Sequence record: MZ475892.1
Reading direction: 5' to 3' (one strand)
DNA: 64,000 bases
This document shows, in pieces, positions 55,242 to 64,000 of this stretch. The translations under genes were made by a program, and so were the position numbers. The notes under the pieces are model-generated. The model was not told the DNA's origin. It saw only the letters and a program-made list of their open reading frames with translations, and searched no databases. How positions within the stretch are numbered: position 1 is the stretch's first letter; each line of letters begins with the position of its first letter.

Positions 55242-56198
55242 TTATACCTCAGTAGACAGGCGCATCTGAGCGATAGTAGCGAACTCACCCGGGCCCAATG
55301 CGGTAGCCTGTACTTCGATTGGCTTACCACTACCGATAGCTCCGACTTCGCAAGCGAAATAAGTTGGGATGTAGTTGCCATTTGCCAAAGCACCATAGTT
55401 GGTATCTTGAATCACGACGATAGCGCTTTGCACAGTCTTGTAACTCGCATTCACACCAACATCAGATGCAGTCACAGGAATAGCGCGGCGGTTAGCTACA
55501 GAGTGGACAAGTCTAAAGCGATTGCTTGCAGCAGGCACGGTGGCCAGCATGTTACCTTCCTGGTTGGCTGCAATAGACCACGCAACAGCAGTTCCAATAG
55601 AACCATCACTGTTGATAGGAGCAATCGTGCCGCTCGTAATCAGCGACTGATCGTTAACGTCAGACAGCATGGCATTAATCGTTACCACGTTGTCATACGT
55701 CAGGTCAGTAGTTGATAAGTGAATCCCAGGCTGCGCTGCATCGTGAGGGATACCCGCATAGTCCCAAGGACGATAGCCCGCTTGACCAATACCCCACAGT
55801 GCTTTGTTGCCTGCATCGATCGAGGTAGTGTACGCAGTTTGAATCGCAACGTTTGCAGCAGCCGAGTAGCCTACAGGAAATGCCTTAGAAGGATAGTGAA
55901 TCGTTGCCCCGTTCTTTGGTTCGTACACAGAACCCGAACGCGCTTTCCATCCCTCAGACAAATCAAGCAGTGGCAGCAGGCCTTCTGTTGTTGGACGCAA
56001 TACTACCTTCGTTGCAGCAACTGCGTTGTTGAACAGGTTGCGCATGTCAGTCAAATGCTGGCGGAAGTTGCCTTGATCTGCAATGGTGTTCTCAAAGAAG
56101 AACACGTTGGCGATAATACCATTGGACGCTGTATTCGCCCAGCCGGAGCCTTGCTGTAGCACAGACAGCGGCAGAATGTTATGTCCTAAGATACGCAT
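55242..56198 (-). CDS. putative virion protein, family B-like
   Basis: LTYDNVV, NRFRLV, EVGAIGSGK. Confidence 0.75.
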   Translation of the reverse strand: MRILGHNILPLSVLQQGSGWANTASNGIIANVFFFENTIADQGNFRQHLTDMRNLFNNAVAATKVVLRPTTEGLLPLLDLSEGWKARSGSVYEPKNGATIHYPSKAFPVGYSAAANVAIQTAYTTSIDAGNKALWGIGQAGYRPWDYAGIPHDAAQPGIHLSTTDLTYDNVVTINAMLSDVNDQSLITSGTIAPINSDGSIGTAVAWSIAANQEGNMLATVPAASNRFRLVHSVANRRAIPVTASDVGVNASYKTVQSAIVVIQDTNYGALANGNYIPTYFACEVGAIGSGKPIEVQATALGPGEFATIAQMRLSTEV

Positions 56199-56207
56199 CA
56201 GAACCTC

Positions 56208-56855
56208 TTAATCATATAAAAATACACCAGCACGCAGACGCACTCTATCAATAACTCCAAACGGTCCAGCGACATTTCCATATCTGCCTATAGCCCAAGG
56301 CGTATCGCTTACTTTCGGCATAGCCTGTACGACTTGAGCAACTTGTTGGCCATTGACAAAGATCGTGTGGGTCTTAGCTGTTGCGTCATAGACATACTTG
56401 AAAGGGACCATGCTCAAAGTCAACAGGCCGCCAAGAACACCAGACTGAGCAATTTGCTTTTCTGCCCATGAGCCGCCCGTGCTATACCAAACGCCTATGC
56501 GAATGTTAGAGCCATTCCATTGGTTCTGCATCAACAGCTCCACCTTGTCTGGGTTAGACTTTAGGTAGGACATGAATATGAACTGTGCTAACACATTCGT
56601 ATCAGTCTGTGCATAGAGCAAATCAAGCGTATATGAGGCAGTCGTATCAAACAGCAGATTACCTGCGGTCTTCACGTTACCACCACAGACAATACCTACA
56701 TCAGACAGAGACAATGAAGAAGCAGCAAACTGATTGCCTACATAATCAGTGAACCCGTCTGCGGAGAAGTTGTCACGGTCAAAGGCCACCAGCTCATCGC
56801 CTGTGAACCAAGGAGGCACGTCCGCTATTTCGTATGAAACGACAGGAATATGCAT
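56208..56855 (-). CDS. putative virion protein with LamG/ConA-like domain
   Basis: YTLDLLY...YVYD...IFVNGQQV...WAIG...GVIDRVRL. Confidence 0.75.
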   Translation of the reverse strand: MHIPVVSYEIADVPPWFTGDELVAFDRDNFSADGFTDYVGNQFAASSLSLSDVGIVCGGNVKTAGNLLFDTTASYTLDLLYAQTDTNVLAQFIFMSYLKSNPDKVELLMQNQWNGSNIRIGVWYSTGGSWAEKQIAQSGVLGGLLTLSMVPFKYVYDATAKTHTIFVNGQQVAQVVQAMPKVSDTPWAIGRYGNVAGPFGVIDRVRLRAGVFLYD

Positions 56856-56856
56856 G

Positions 56857-57354
56857 TTAGAACTCCTTAGAGTCTCTGCATACAGTCGCTAAGAACTTAC
56901 CGTTACGCAAGTTGTCTGAACTAAGAATCAGGTCAGCACCCGAACCCGCAGCACCGATAGTCAAGATCAAGAAGCCACCGTAAGGCGTGCTTGCAATGCT
57001 CTTGTTGAACACAATCACGTTGTACTGAGCAAGCAACTCGGTGATTGTTCCAGCAAACGTTCCCTGAAGTGTGGCAGCAAGTTTGAATTTATATTTATTG
57101 CCTGAACCGTGAATCCAGCGAACAGGATTGTTAGTCACAGACGTTAGGTCAAGCACAGCAGTTGCGCCAATCGCAGCCTGAACGGTAGTACCATCAGCAA
57201 CTACGATGTTCGCAGGGTCAGGCACTTTCGCAAAGCAGATTGTTTTCTGCATGTTTGAAAGGCCATACTTCAACGGCGGATCAGCAGCAGGACGTTTGCC
57301 TGCGTCTGGGATAACGATGCCGTTAGCGACCAGCGGGAAAGAAATGATTTCCAT
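56857..57354 (-). CDS. putative virion protein, family A-like
   Basis: TIGAAGSGADLIL; GGAG RBS. Confidence 0.75.
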   Translation of the reverse strand: MEIISFPLVANGIVIPDAGKRPAADPPLKYGLSNMQKTICFAKVPDPANIVVADGTTVQAAIGATAVLDLTSVTNNPVRWIHGSGNKYKFKLAATLQGTFAGTITELLAQYNVIVFNKSIASTPYGGFLILTIGAAGSGADLILSSDNLRNGKFLATVCRDSKEF

Positions 57355-57380
57355 TATAGTTCTCCAGTTGTTTCGCGTTT

Positions 57381-57386
57381 AAATTA
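57381..57386 (-). promoter_or_regulatory. TAATTT candidate late promoter element
   Basis: 27 nt before ATG 57354. Confidence 0.5.
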
Positions 57387-57418
57387 CTGACTGCATGTGG
57401 TAAGTGCGGAACACTATG

Positions 57419-58474
57419 CTACAGCGAAACGGTTTTTGTTAGCGCAACGTCTGTGATAGTTGCTACGGATATCTGAGGGATATCGCCAGGCAGCGTAGAT
57501 GTAGCGTGAGTGAAGTCCGTACCTTCGCGCAGCACTTGCACCATACACGGATGCTGTGGGTCAAACGCTATTGGAAGCATAGCCCACGTCAGTTTGGTTG
57601 CTGGCGTATCAGCACGCGTAACAAGAGGCACAGAATACAGACGATCTGTTTCAACAAAGTTCGTGGTGTTATTCAGCGCACCCTTTGAGTATGATGTGCT
57701 GTACGACCAACCACCTCCTGAGAAATAGCGCGTACCGTACACGTTAGTTCTCCACGAATACAGAACACGCAGGCTTCTAGCAGGCGCAGAACTCAACGTA
57801 GTCTGAGCATTGGCTATGAGCGCACTCTGACCTACAATACCAGACCGCACCGTTACGTTCGTTGCGTCAGAGTAGGTATAGGTATCCATATAGACGTTAG
57901 TGATAGAGCTGGAATCACTAGAAGACCAGTTACCTATTGTGCCTATGTTACCACTGTTAGAGTCAGACATGGGTACAGTCACACCTGTCTGCACTGCACA
58001 CTTAGGGCTTAGGTTAGCTTCTGTGATTGTACTGTCAAATACAGGCAACAACATAGAAGCAGATGAAGGAATGCGCTTACCATCAATGTTCGTATTGTCC
58101 AGTAAGCTGCCTTGCATTGTAACAACAGAACCTTCTGCAAACAAAGTACCGACGCTGTAGTAACGTCTGAATACTTCTTGAGGAGTCCAGACAACGGATT
58201 CGGCAGCTGTAGGCAACGTTGACCCGTACGTAGGATTATCTATCATTGTGTGATAGTATCGCATACTACGATAGCCTGCCATGCGCGTACATTGAAAGGT
58301 ATCGTTTGCTACATACTGAGAGAACGAACGCGCCAAGTTAATCGTGTTCATTGCAGAGGCTGCGGTAGACTGTGCTGTTGGAGGAACTGTGTCATCCGTG
58401 AACAGAAATACCCTTCTTCTAGCTAGTGCTAGTTTCTTCTCCAACAGCTTAGCCCCACTTGAGGCAAATAACAT
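57419..58474 (-). CDS. putative virion/fibre protein, family C
   Basis: MLFASSGA...ARRRVFLF; AAGGAG RBS. Confidence 0.8.
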   Translation of the reverse strand: MLFASSGAKLLEKKLALARRRVFLFTDDTVPPTAQSTAASAMNTINLARSFSQYVANDTFQCTRMAGYRSMRYYHTMIDNPTYGSTLPTAAESVVWTPQEVFRRYYSVGTLFAEGSVVTMQGSLLDNTNIDGKRIPSSASMLLPVFDSTITEANLSPKCAVQTGVTVPMSDSNSGNIGTIGNWSSSDSSSITNVYMDTYTYSDATNVTVRSGIVGQSALIANAQTTLSSAPARSLRVLYSWRTNVYGTRYFSGGGWSYSTSYSKGALNNTTNFVETDRLYSVPLVTRADTPATKLTWAMLPIAFDPQHPCMVQVLREGTDFTHATSTLPGDIPQISVATITDVALTKTVSL

Positions 58475-58483
58475 AAACTCTCC

Positions 58484-59518
58484 TTAGACAGAGATAACCG
58501 ATGCAACCCCGGGGACAGCGAGCGTTTGGAGAAATGATACATCGGGCTCAACGTTTGTCTGTTGCTGTACGTTGTTTTTGAAGTCAGTACCTTTGCGGAA
58601 GATCTCACAGCTAATCTTCTCGCCGTTCCATATAGGACAGCCCAGCCATTCAATGTCGAATGCAGGAGTGTCAGCAGGCGCAGTTGACGCAAAGCCGATC
58701 TTAACAACAGGCTTATGTTGAAGCGGAACGTCTACGTTACCTGGTCTGGAGTACGTCCAGGTATTCACGTTATTGCCTACAAGCGTGTTATAGATATAGT
58801 TCTGCACACCGTACACAGAGGCCATACCCGCAACAGGAGCGGAACCAAACAGTCGTATGATATTACCTATCGAGGAAGAACCAAAGCTGATGTTGCCTTG
58901 AGCATATGAGTTATCCTCAGTTCCGTACGAGGCTCTTGATGCAAAGTACGTGTAGCTCCAACTGTTGTTACTACCACTGCCAGACGAGTTGTATGTGCCA
59001 GTCCTATCAGGGAAGTGACCACCTACTCCGTAAAGAGACGCGTACTTCTTAGGAATCAGCACGGTCTTTATCGTGCCAACAACAGGCAGATGGCTAGGGT
59101 TATACGTGTCATAAGCAGAAGGTGCAGACAACGACACAGGACCTGCCAGTGGGTTAGCAAACGAATTGTCTGCATTTAGATAGCTCATCACACCGTGCTT
59201 GAGAGCGCGTTGTTGGGCAGTAAGCGTATCTGACATGCTGAATATCGGTGAGTTGTTCACAGTGCGCTCATAGGCATCATGATTCACCTCAGCAGGAAAG
59301 AAATACTGACTCGCAATGCCACTGCATGAACACCCGAGTAGTTTGTTGTCTGCTACACTATACCCGATAGAGCGAGCTTCTACCATATTCTTTACCCATG
59401 CCACAGGGTCAGTGAGTGCAGCTTCTGGTGTTATTGAACTGTCAAACATGAAGGCACGCTTACGCGCAACAGCCATAAGCGTCTTCTGGATGTTTCCACC
59501 TGACGATGCAAAAATCAT
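58484..59518 (-). CDS. putative virion/fibre protein, family C
   Basis: MIFASSGG...ARKRAFMFD; GAGG RBS. Confidence 0.8.
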   Translation of the reverse strand: MIFASSGGNIQKTLMAVARKRAFMFDSSITPEAALTDPVAWVKNMVEARSIGYSVADNKLLGCSCSGIASQYFFPAEVNHDAYERTVNNSPIFSMSDTLTAQQRALKHGVMSYLNADNSFANPLAGPVSLSAPSAYDTYNPSHLPVVGTIKTVLIPKKYASLYGVGGHFPDRTGTYNSSGSGSNNSWSYTYFASRASYGTEDNSYAQGNISFGSSSIGNIIRLFGSAPVAGMASVYGVQNYIYNTLVGNNVNTWTYSRPGNVDVPLQHKPVVKIGFASTAPADTPAFDIEWLGCPIWNGEKISCEIFRKGTDFKNNVQQQTNVEPDVSFLQTLAVPGVASVISV

Positions 59519-59527
59519 ATTATTGCC

Positions 59528-60625
59528 TCATAGCGTAATAGAGGACGGGGCATTGCACCAGTCTTTAACTGCTTGAGCAACTACCAAGTCAGCTTGTTGG
59601 GCTACTGTCGTCCCTGTCTGCTTAATATCGGCGGAATCGTCCTGTGCAATATCGAACATAGCGAGCCTGTACCCACCAACAGTCTCGTAAGCAATGGTAC
59701 CAACAGTCAGCACACACGCACCATCATCAGCCATGCCTGTTACAATGACAGAAGGAACATCGGGAATAGTCATTGCATTCTGATCTGCGTTCGGCGTTAG
59801 TCCTTCATTGAATGAGTTGTTAGTGGTGCCTCCACCTATAGGGTACGTGGTGAAGCGCCGCTCCTGCATAGTGATTACCATAGCGCCCGACACCGTGTTG
59901 AATGCCTGGGGATCGAATACATCTGCCCAATTGCCATTCCCGCCATAAGTCGTATCGTTCGGCAGCATAATATCAATATAGTTTTGCGCCTGATAAGTAT
60001 TAGGTATAGGGTAGAACACAGCAGACGAATAGAACTGGTCATAGTAATAGTTAACACCAGATTGACCTGAACTACGAAACGATATTGTCGCGTTATTGAG
60101 AAACTTAGGCTGGTACTGCGTCTTATTCTTCGTACTACGCATACTGGTGACGATGCGCTGCGGATAAAGATACAAGCGAGAGGCCAGCTTTGCTTTATCG
60201 TACTGCCCAACAAGAGTAGAGCCAAGAATGTTGCTCGTCTTGTCTCCGATAGTACCCCTGGGTGCGAGATACTTCACGGTGCAATAGCGGTCAGCTTGTT
60301 GGTCTGGCGTGTTGCCGTCTGAGGAAACGTTATACATGCCATTCCATGAAGCACTATTCGACGCGTTGTTCTGGTTGAATAGCTGAATGTTTGCGCTGTG
60401 TGCAGGGTAATAGCGATTGGACTTTACACCACTAAGCGCTGTTGATTTAAGAGCGTCTACGGTACCGCAAGTCATCGCACGACATTCAGGCACGGACTGT
60501 AATAGATACTGGCGTGCTTGTCTGATAGTGTCTTTACTGATTGTGCTGTCAAACAGATATAAGGAGGACATCGCACGAGTGCGCACAGCTTTATCTCGTA
60601 CTCCTCCTACGGAAGCGAATAGCAT
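59528..60625 (-). CDS. putative virion/fibre protein, family C
   Basis: MLFASVGG...AMSSLYLFD; GAGG RBS. Confidence 0.8.
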   Translation of the reverse strand: MLFASVGGVRDKAVRTRAMSSLYLFDSTISKDTIRQARQYLLQSVPECRAMTCGTVDALKSTALSGVKSNRYYPAHSANIQLFNQNNASNSASWNGMYNVSSDGNTPDQQADRYCTVKYLAPRGTIGDKTSNILGSTLVGQYDKAKLASRLYLYPQRIVTSMRSTKNKTQYQPKFLNNATISFRSSGQSGVNYYYDQFYSSAVFYPIPNTYQAQNYIDIMLPNDTTYGGNGNWADVFDPQAFNTVSGAMVITMQERRFTTYPIGGGTTNNSFNEGLTPNADQNAMTIPDVPSVIVTGMADDGACVLTVGTIAYETVGGYRLAMFDIAQDDSADIKQTGTTVAQQADLVVAQAVKDWCNAPSSITL

Positions 60626-60632
60626 AGCTACC

Positions 60633-61688
60633 TCATATTGTGTAGGACTTCGTTGTTACTAAGGCAGCTAACACAGCACTTGAACAAGTGAAGGCAGGCT
60701 GAGTGCCGACCGAAGTACCTGTCGTCAGTGTTAGGTCTGAGCCAATGTCCATTACCATAAGCTCGCTGGACTGTTCAGTGGCTACAGCGATAGCGCCAAA
60801 GCTCAGTGCTGCATCCGGGTCATCGGCCTGAGTAACATCAATGTATGGCAGTTCGACACATACCTCATTGGGTGTACCGTTTCGCCAGTTCTGACCACTA
60901 CCGTAGCTCGTATACCACGTGGCGTTAGCAAACCATGTACGCGTGTAGTTATATTGTGGGTTTATCATGTACAGACCGCCATACTCCGTACGCAGCGCAC
61001 CTAACGCAGTAGGCGTACTGTTTTCATAGTAACCAGCACCAACAGGGAAAGATACACCAGGCATCGTCCAGAATCGAGAAACACCAGAACCCAGAGAGAT
61101 GAATCCAGGAGTTATGCTCTGCGTATAATCAAAGTAGTCCGTGCTTGTACCTGTACGTCCTCCCATCGTGCTCTTTGGTCGGAGTTTAACGGACTTGCCG
61201 CCAAACAAAGAAAGCCGGGATGTAGGCAGCAGATACGTACGGCTCATGCTATCGAATGAAGTAACACCACCGTAACCAGATTGCGTACCGAGCATGTTGC
61301 CTGTAGCGACATCAAAAGCAGCTTTAGTTGCAGGCGAGGCTACCGTAACAAAACGCGCAGCATAGTTCTCAACAGTCTGACCGTCGCTTATGCCATTAGT
61401 CAGACGGAAGAACCAACCGTTGTTACTGGACACAGGACTGAACTGACCGATACGTCCTGTATGCGACAAATAAAACTTATTGTTCTTTATACCGCCTATA
61501 GCAGTAGCATCCAGAGTATTACCTGTCATTGTGTGCGTGCAGCTACGCGCTTCATGGCACACATTCAGCAAACCTACAGGAGTGCGAACATTCTGTTTGT
61601 CTACGGACGTGTCAAACAAAAATAGGTGCTGCATAGCGGACTTGCGAATGTTTTCCTGTATAACAGCTCCAGCAGAAACGAATAGCAT
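60633..61688 (-). CDS. putative virion/fibre protein, family C
   Basis: MLFVSAGA...AMQHLFLFD; AGGAG RBS before ATG 61688. Confidence 0.8.
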   Translation of the reverse strand: MLFVSAGAVIQENIRKSAMQHLFLFDTSVDKQNVRTPVGLLNVCHEARSCTHTMTGNTLDATAIGGIKNNKFYLSHTGRIGQFSPVSSNNGWFFRLTNGISDGQTVENYAARFVTVASPATKAAFDVATGNMLGTQSGYGGVTSFDSMSRTYLLPTSRLSLFGGKSVKLRPKSTMGGRTGTSTDYFDYTQSITPGFISLGSGVSRFWTMPGVSFPVGAGYYENSTPTALGALRTEYGGLYMINPQYNYTRTWFANATWYTSYGSGQNWRNGTPNEVCVELPYIDVTQADDPDAALSFGAIAVATEQSSELMVMDIGSDLTLTTGTSVGTQPAFTCSSAVLAALVTTKSYTI

Positions 61689-61741
61689 ACAAGCTCCTAA
61701 AACGAAAGAGGGCAGACACCTTTCGATGCCCACCCTTTAGA

Positions 61742-62323
61742 TCACACGAGCAGGCGTCCTGCGATAGTGATCGCCACACCGTTAAGCGTAGTATCAGCAG
61801 TATCAGGCGCAACGATGCGAAGCTGATCACCAGATACGAGAATGATTTCCTGATCTTGGTAAGCAGCAAGCGGAGCAAATACGCCAGATTTTGAACCAGC
61901 ACCGAATGAGACGGTACCAAGCTGGATAACAGCCGCAGTTGCAGAGTCATACGCGCTGATCTTAAAAGCAGAAGCAGCGGTAGCAGCAACGTCGGCAGTA
62001 GCCAGAGAACCTGCAAAGTTTTTAGTGATAGCTGTTGTGCGCACAGAGAGGAAACGAGAAATCTCCTGGCCACCAGCGTAACGCTTGAGCACGTTCATGC
62101 CCAAGTCGTATGGGTTGTATGATTGTAGTTGATTAACCCACTTTGCTCGCACTTGGCTATACACGTATAAGCCAGGCTGGTTAGCACCAGACACAGCAGT
62201 CAGGTTCCACACGCGGCCGTTAGTCGGGCTAGCAGGGAAAGTTGGGCCAGAAGAATTGGGATCACCTGGGGCGCGAACAATCTGAGAGTTCACACCTGCA
62301 AGCTGTAGACCGTAAGATAACAT
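61742..62323 (-). CDS. putative virion protein
   Basis: 193 aa; FPASPTNG...W...W segment typical of fibre-associated proteins; AAGGAG RBS. Confidence 0.75.
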   Translation of the reverse strand: MLSYGLQLAGVNSQIVRAPGDPNSSGPTFPASPTNGRVWNLTAVSGANQPGLYVYSQVRAKWVNQLQSYNPYDLGMNVLKRYAGGQEISRFLSVRTTAITKNFAGSLATADVAATAASAFKISAYDSATAAVIQLGTVSFGAGSKSGVFAPLAAYQDQEIILVSGDQLRIVAPDTADTTLNGVAITIAGRLLV

Positions 62324-62334
62324 CAGTATTCTCC

Positions 62335-62556
62335 TTAGGCGATTCGCACTTCACCAGTCACCGCGTACGGGAAGGTAATCTTAACAGTGTCCGAGTCAAC
62401 GATGACTACATCCAGCGGCAGCACTTGATGTAACTTACCATCAGGTTGCATAGTGCAAGTAGTCACGGCGACAGGACGCCCGAAGTTGTGCAGAATCGTC
62501 CATTCAGAAGCAGGCGTGTCTTGCTTGAAGCTACGCCCCATCGAATAGTTGAGCAT
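62335..62556 (-). CDS. small fibre-associated protein (one HN[LF]G-type module)
   Basis: WTILHNFG...VIVDSDTVKITF. Confidence 0.75.
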   Translation of the reverse strand: MLNYSMGRSFKQDTPASEWTILHNFGRPVAVTTCTMQPDGKLHQVLPLDVVIVDSDTVKITFPYAVTGEVRIA

Positions 62557-62577
62557 AAGAGCCTCGCGATTGTGGCG

Positions 62578-63174
62578 TTAGTACAGGATTACAGTGCCAG
62601 ACTCAGGATTGTCGAAGGTAATCGTCAACTGGCTGGTGCTGTCATGCACGATAGACTTAGGCTGTACTTCGTTCGCACCTTGATAGATACGCACCGCAGG
62701 GTTATAACCGAGATTATGCACAACAACCCACGTAGCCAGATTCTCATAAGATGCAGTGAATGCAACGGTAGGAGTAGGCAGACCTGACTCAACGCCAGAC
62801 AACAGTACAGCAGTACCGGCCACGGCAGAAGGGAAGAGGACAACGATGTTGTTAGCATCATCAGCGTGAATTGAAGATGGCTGCACCACGTCACCATTCT
62901 CATCGTAGCACTGTACGATAGGCGTAGCGGTATTCATCTTGTGGTTAATCTCCCAACGAGACGAGGCAGTAGGTTGCGAGTAGCGAACCATAGTCATCTG
63001 TTGAGTTAATGGAACCCAGACAGGAACATCTTCGATAGACACGCAGAACATCAGACGCTTGTCCATGAAGATAGCCATACCAGGCTTAGGGTTAAGAGGC
63101 CAGTCAGTCGCTACGTCAAACGCGAAGTTAGCAAGTGAGCCAAACTCTAAATCAAGAGTCCCTAGGACTTTCAT
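62578..63174 (-). CDS. fibre-associated protein (two HN[LM]G-type modules)
   Basis: WEINHKMN...DANNIVVLF and WVVVHNLG...STSQLTITF; AGGAG RBS. Confidence 0.8.
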   Translation of the reverse strand: MKVLGTLDLEFGSLANFAFDVATDWPLNPKPGMAIFMDKRLMFCVSIEDVPVWVPLTQQMTMVRYSQPTASSRWEINHKMNTATPIVQCYDENGDVVQPSSIHADDANNIVVLFPSAVAGTAVLLSGVESGLPTPTVAFTASYENLATWVVVHNLGYNPAVRIYQGANEVQPKSIVHDSTSQLTITFDNPESGTVILY

Positions 63175-63194
63175 AAATCTTTCTCCTGAGAGGT

Positions 63195-63224
63195 AAAAGG
63201 GGCAGGCAGAAGCCCACCCCTTTT
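63195..63224 (-). terminator. intrinsic terminator (possibly bidirectional)
   Basis: Minus strand AAAA-GGGGTGGGC-TTCT-GCCTGCCCC-TTTT. Confidence 0.8.
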
Positions 63225-63237
63225 GTTTGTGTCGTTA

Positions 63238-64000
63238 TTACTCAGCCGGAGTATAAGCGTTCGCACCAGTAACGAATGCGATTGCCACTTTCTTCTCGGT
63301 GGTCAGTTCAACACGCAGCGTGTTAGCGTCAACAAACACGACCTCATCAGGGATGATCTGATAGCCGGTATCATCAACGACGGTAACGGTACCGTATTTG
63401 ACGCCTGCATTGTGTGCGAAGGTGTGAGTGGTATTAGCCACGTCACCGCTTGCAGTTTTGTCGTACTGGTACAGCTTAGCAGCAGAACCGCTTGAGCCAG
63501 CAGCAATCGCATCGTCAACATATTTCTTGCTGACAACAGACTCATCAACCAGCGCTTCGGTGCCGGTCAGAGTAAGGGCTTCGACAGCGCCGCCTTCACC
63601 AGCGATGAAACCAGCGCTTTTTAAGGCGTCTTGGTCCACGATGATTTTGCTGTTGGTAGTGTCCTGTTTCAGGCCAGTACCCAGAGCAGCACCTGCGATC
63701 TGCGCATAACCAACGCCACCGTCAGTGATTGCCAGACCATCAGCAGTACGTGACAGAGTAGCGCCGTCCAGCTTAACGCGAGTAGCACCAGCGTTATCCT
63801 CCAGGCCACCAGCAGCGTCCAGCTTAGCAGTAACAGCGTTGCCTGTAATTTCGATACCAGCACCAGTAACCACGTTAACGACGTTAGCAGCTTTCTCCAA
63901 ACCGTTACCGGCGTTGAAGTCAGAAGCGCCGCCGAAGGTAGTCCACTGAGTAGCGTCGAAGCGACGGTATTCTTTGATGCTCTTAACCCACGTTACAGCA
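63238..64000 (-). CDS. tail-fibre-like structural protein, 5' end outside window
   Basis: Frame stays open to the window edge (AVTWVKSIKEYRRFDATQWTTFGGASDFNAGNGLEK...); G-x-G-[LI] repeats; C-terminal HNAG module. Confidence 0.8.
   Translation of the reverse strand, partial: AVTWVKSIKEYRRFDATQWTTFGGASDFNAGNGLEKAANVVNVVTGAGIEITGNAVTAKLDAAGGLEDNAGATRVKLDGATLSRTADGLAITDGGVGYAQIAGAALGTGLKQDTTNSKIIVDQDALKSAGFIAGEGGAVEALTLTGTEALVDESVVSKKYVDDAIAAGSSGSAAKLYQYDKTASGDVANTTHTFAHNAGVKYGTVTVVDDTGYQIIPDEVVFVDANTLRVELTTEKKVAIAFVTGANAYTPAE

Noticed and set aside
55241-55396. N-terminal extension of the 54146 ORF
   Set aside because: Lies inside the preceding gene; ATG 55240 has a GAGG RBS and follows the upstream stop.
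47413-61688. CRISPR array or DNA-level tandem repeats behind the repetitive structural genes
   Set aside because: Similarity is seen only at protein-motif level; no regularly spaced identical DNA repeats were found by eye.
1-64000. tRNA/rRNA genes, integrase, transposase, phage RNA polymerase or nucleus-shell genes
   Set aside because: None recognised; gene-dense intergenic gaps leave little room, but tRNAscan and HMM searches were not run.

Overview
This window is a 64-kb segment of a large lytic (jumbo) myovirus genome, probably infecting Enterobacterales. Gene content and order recall the 'hairy' Y3/Yoloswag/Alexandra/JA11-type Erwinia-Dickeya jumbo phages; that assignment is from memory, not a search. 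The + strand block (1-45933) carries a DnaB helicase, an intein-containing large terminase, a probable portal, a 5'-3' exonuclease, a macrodomain, a CmoA/glycosyltransferase/DUF1611/Asn-synthetase-like operon, a frameshifted Toprim gene, Dam, dCMP deaminase, ThyA, MazG-like, ParB-like, an intein-containing C5-cytosine MTase, ASCH, DUF4326, an HD hydrolase and many small hypotheticals. After a bidirectional terminator, the - strand block (45992-64000) holds a lysis cassette and about 20 virion/fibre genes built from a few paralogous families. Best hit: a probable carboxymethylcytosine DNA hypermodification pathway. It combines a Cx-SAM synthase homologue, a C5-MTase whose motif X reads Gly-Arg instead of Gly-Asn, and an ATP-dependent amide ligase, and is extended here by a glycosyltransferase and a DUF1611 protein. 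Also notable: two candidate phage promoter motifs (CTGTAAAT, TAATTT), a duplicated terminator-promoter cassette, and an unannotated 45-aa peptide ending in the ribonucleotide-reductase redox tail CEGGACKI. No tRNA, rRNA or CRISPR array was recognised. All family calls come from motif recognition by eye.
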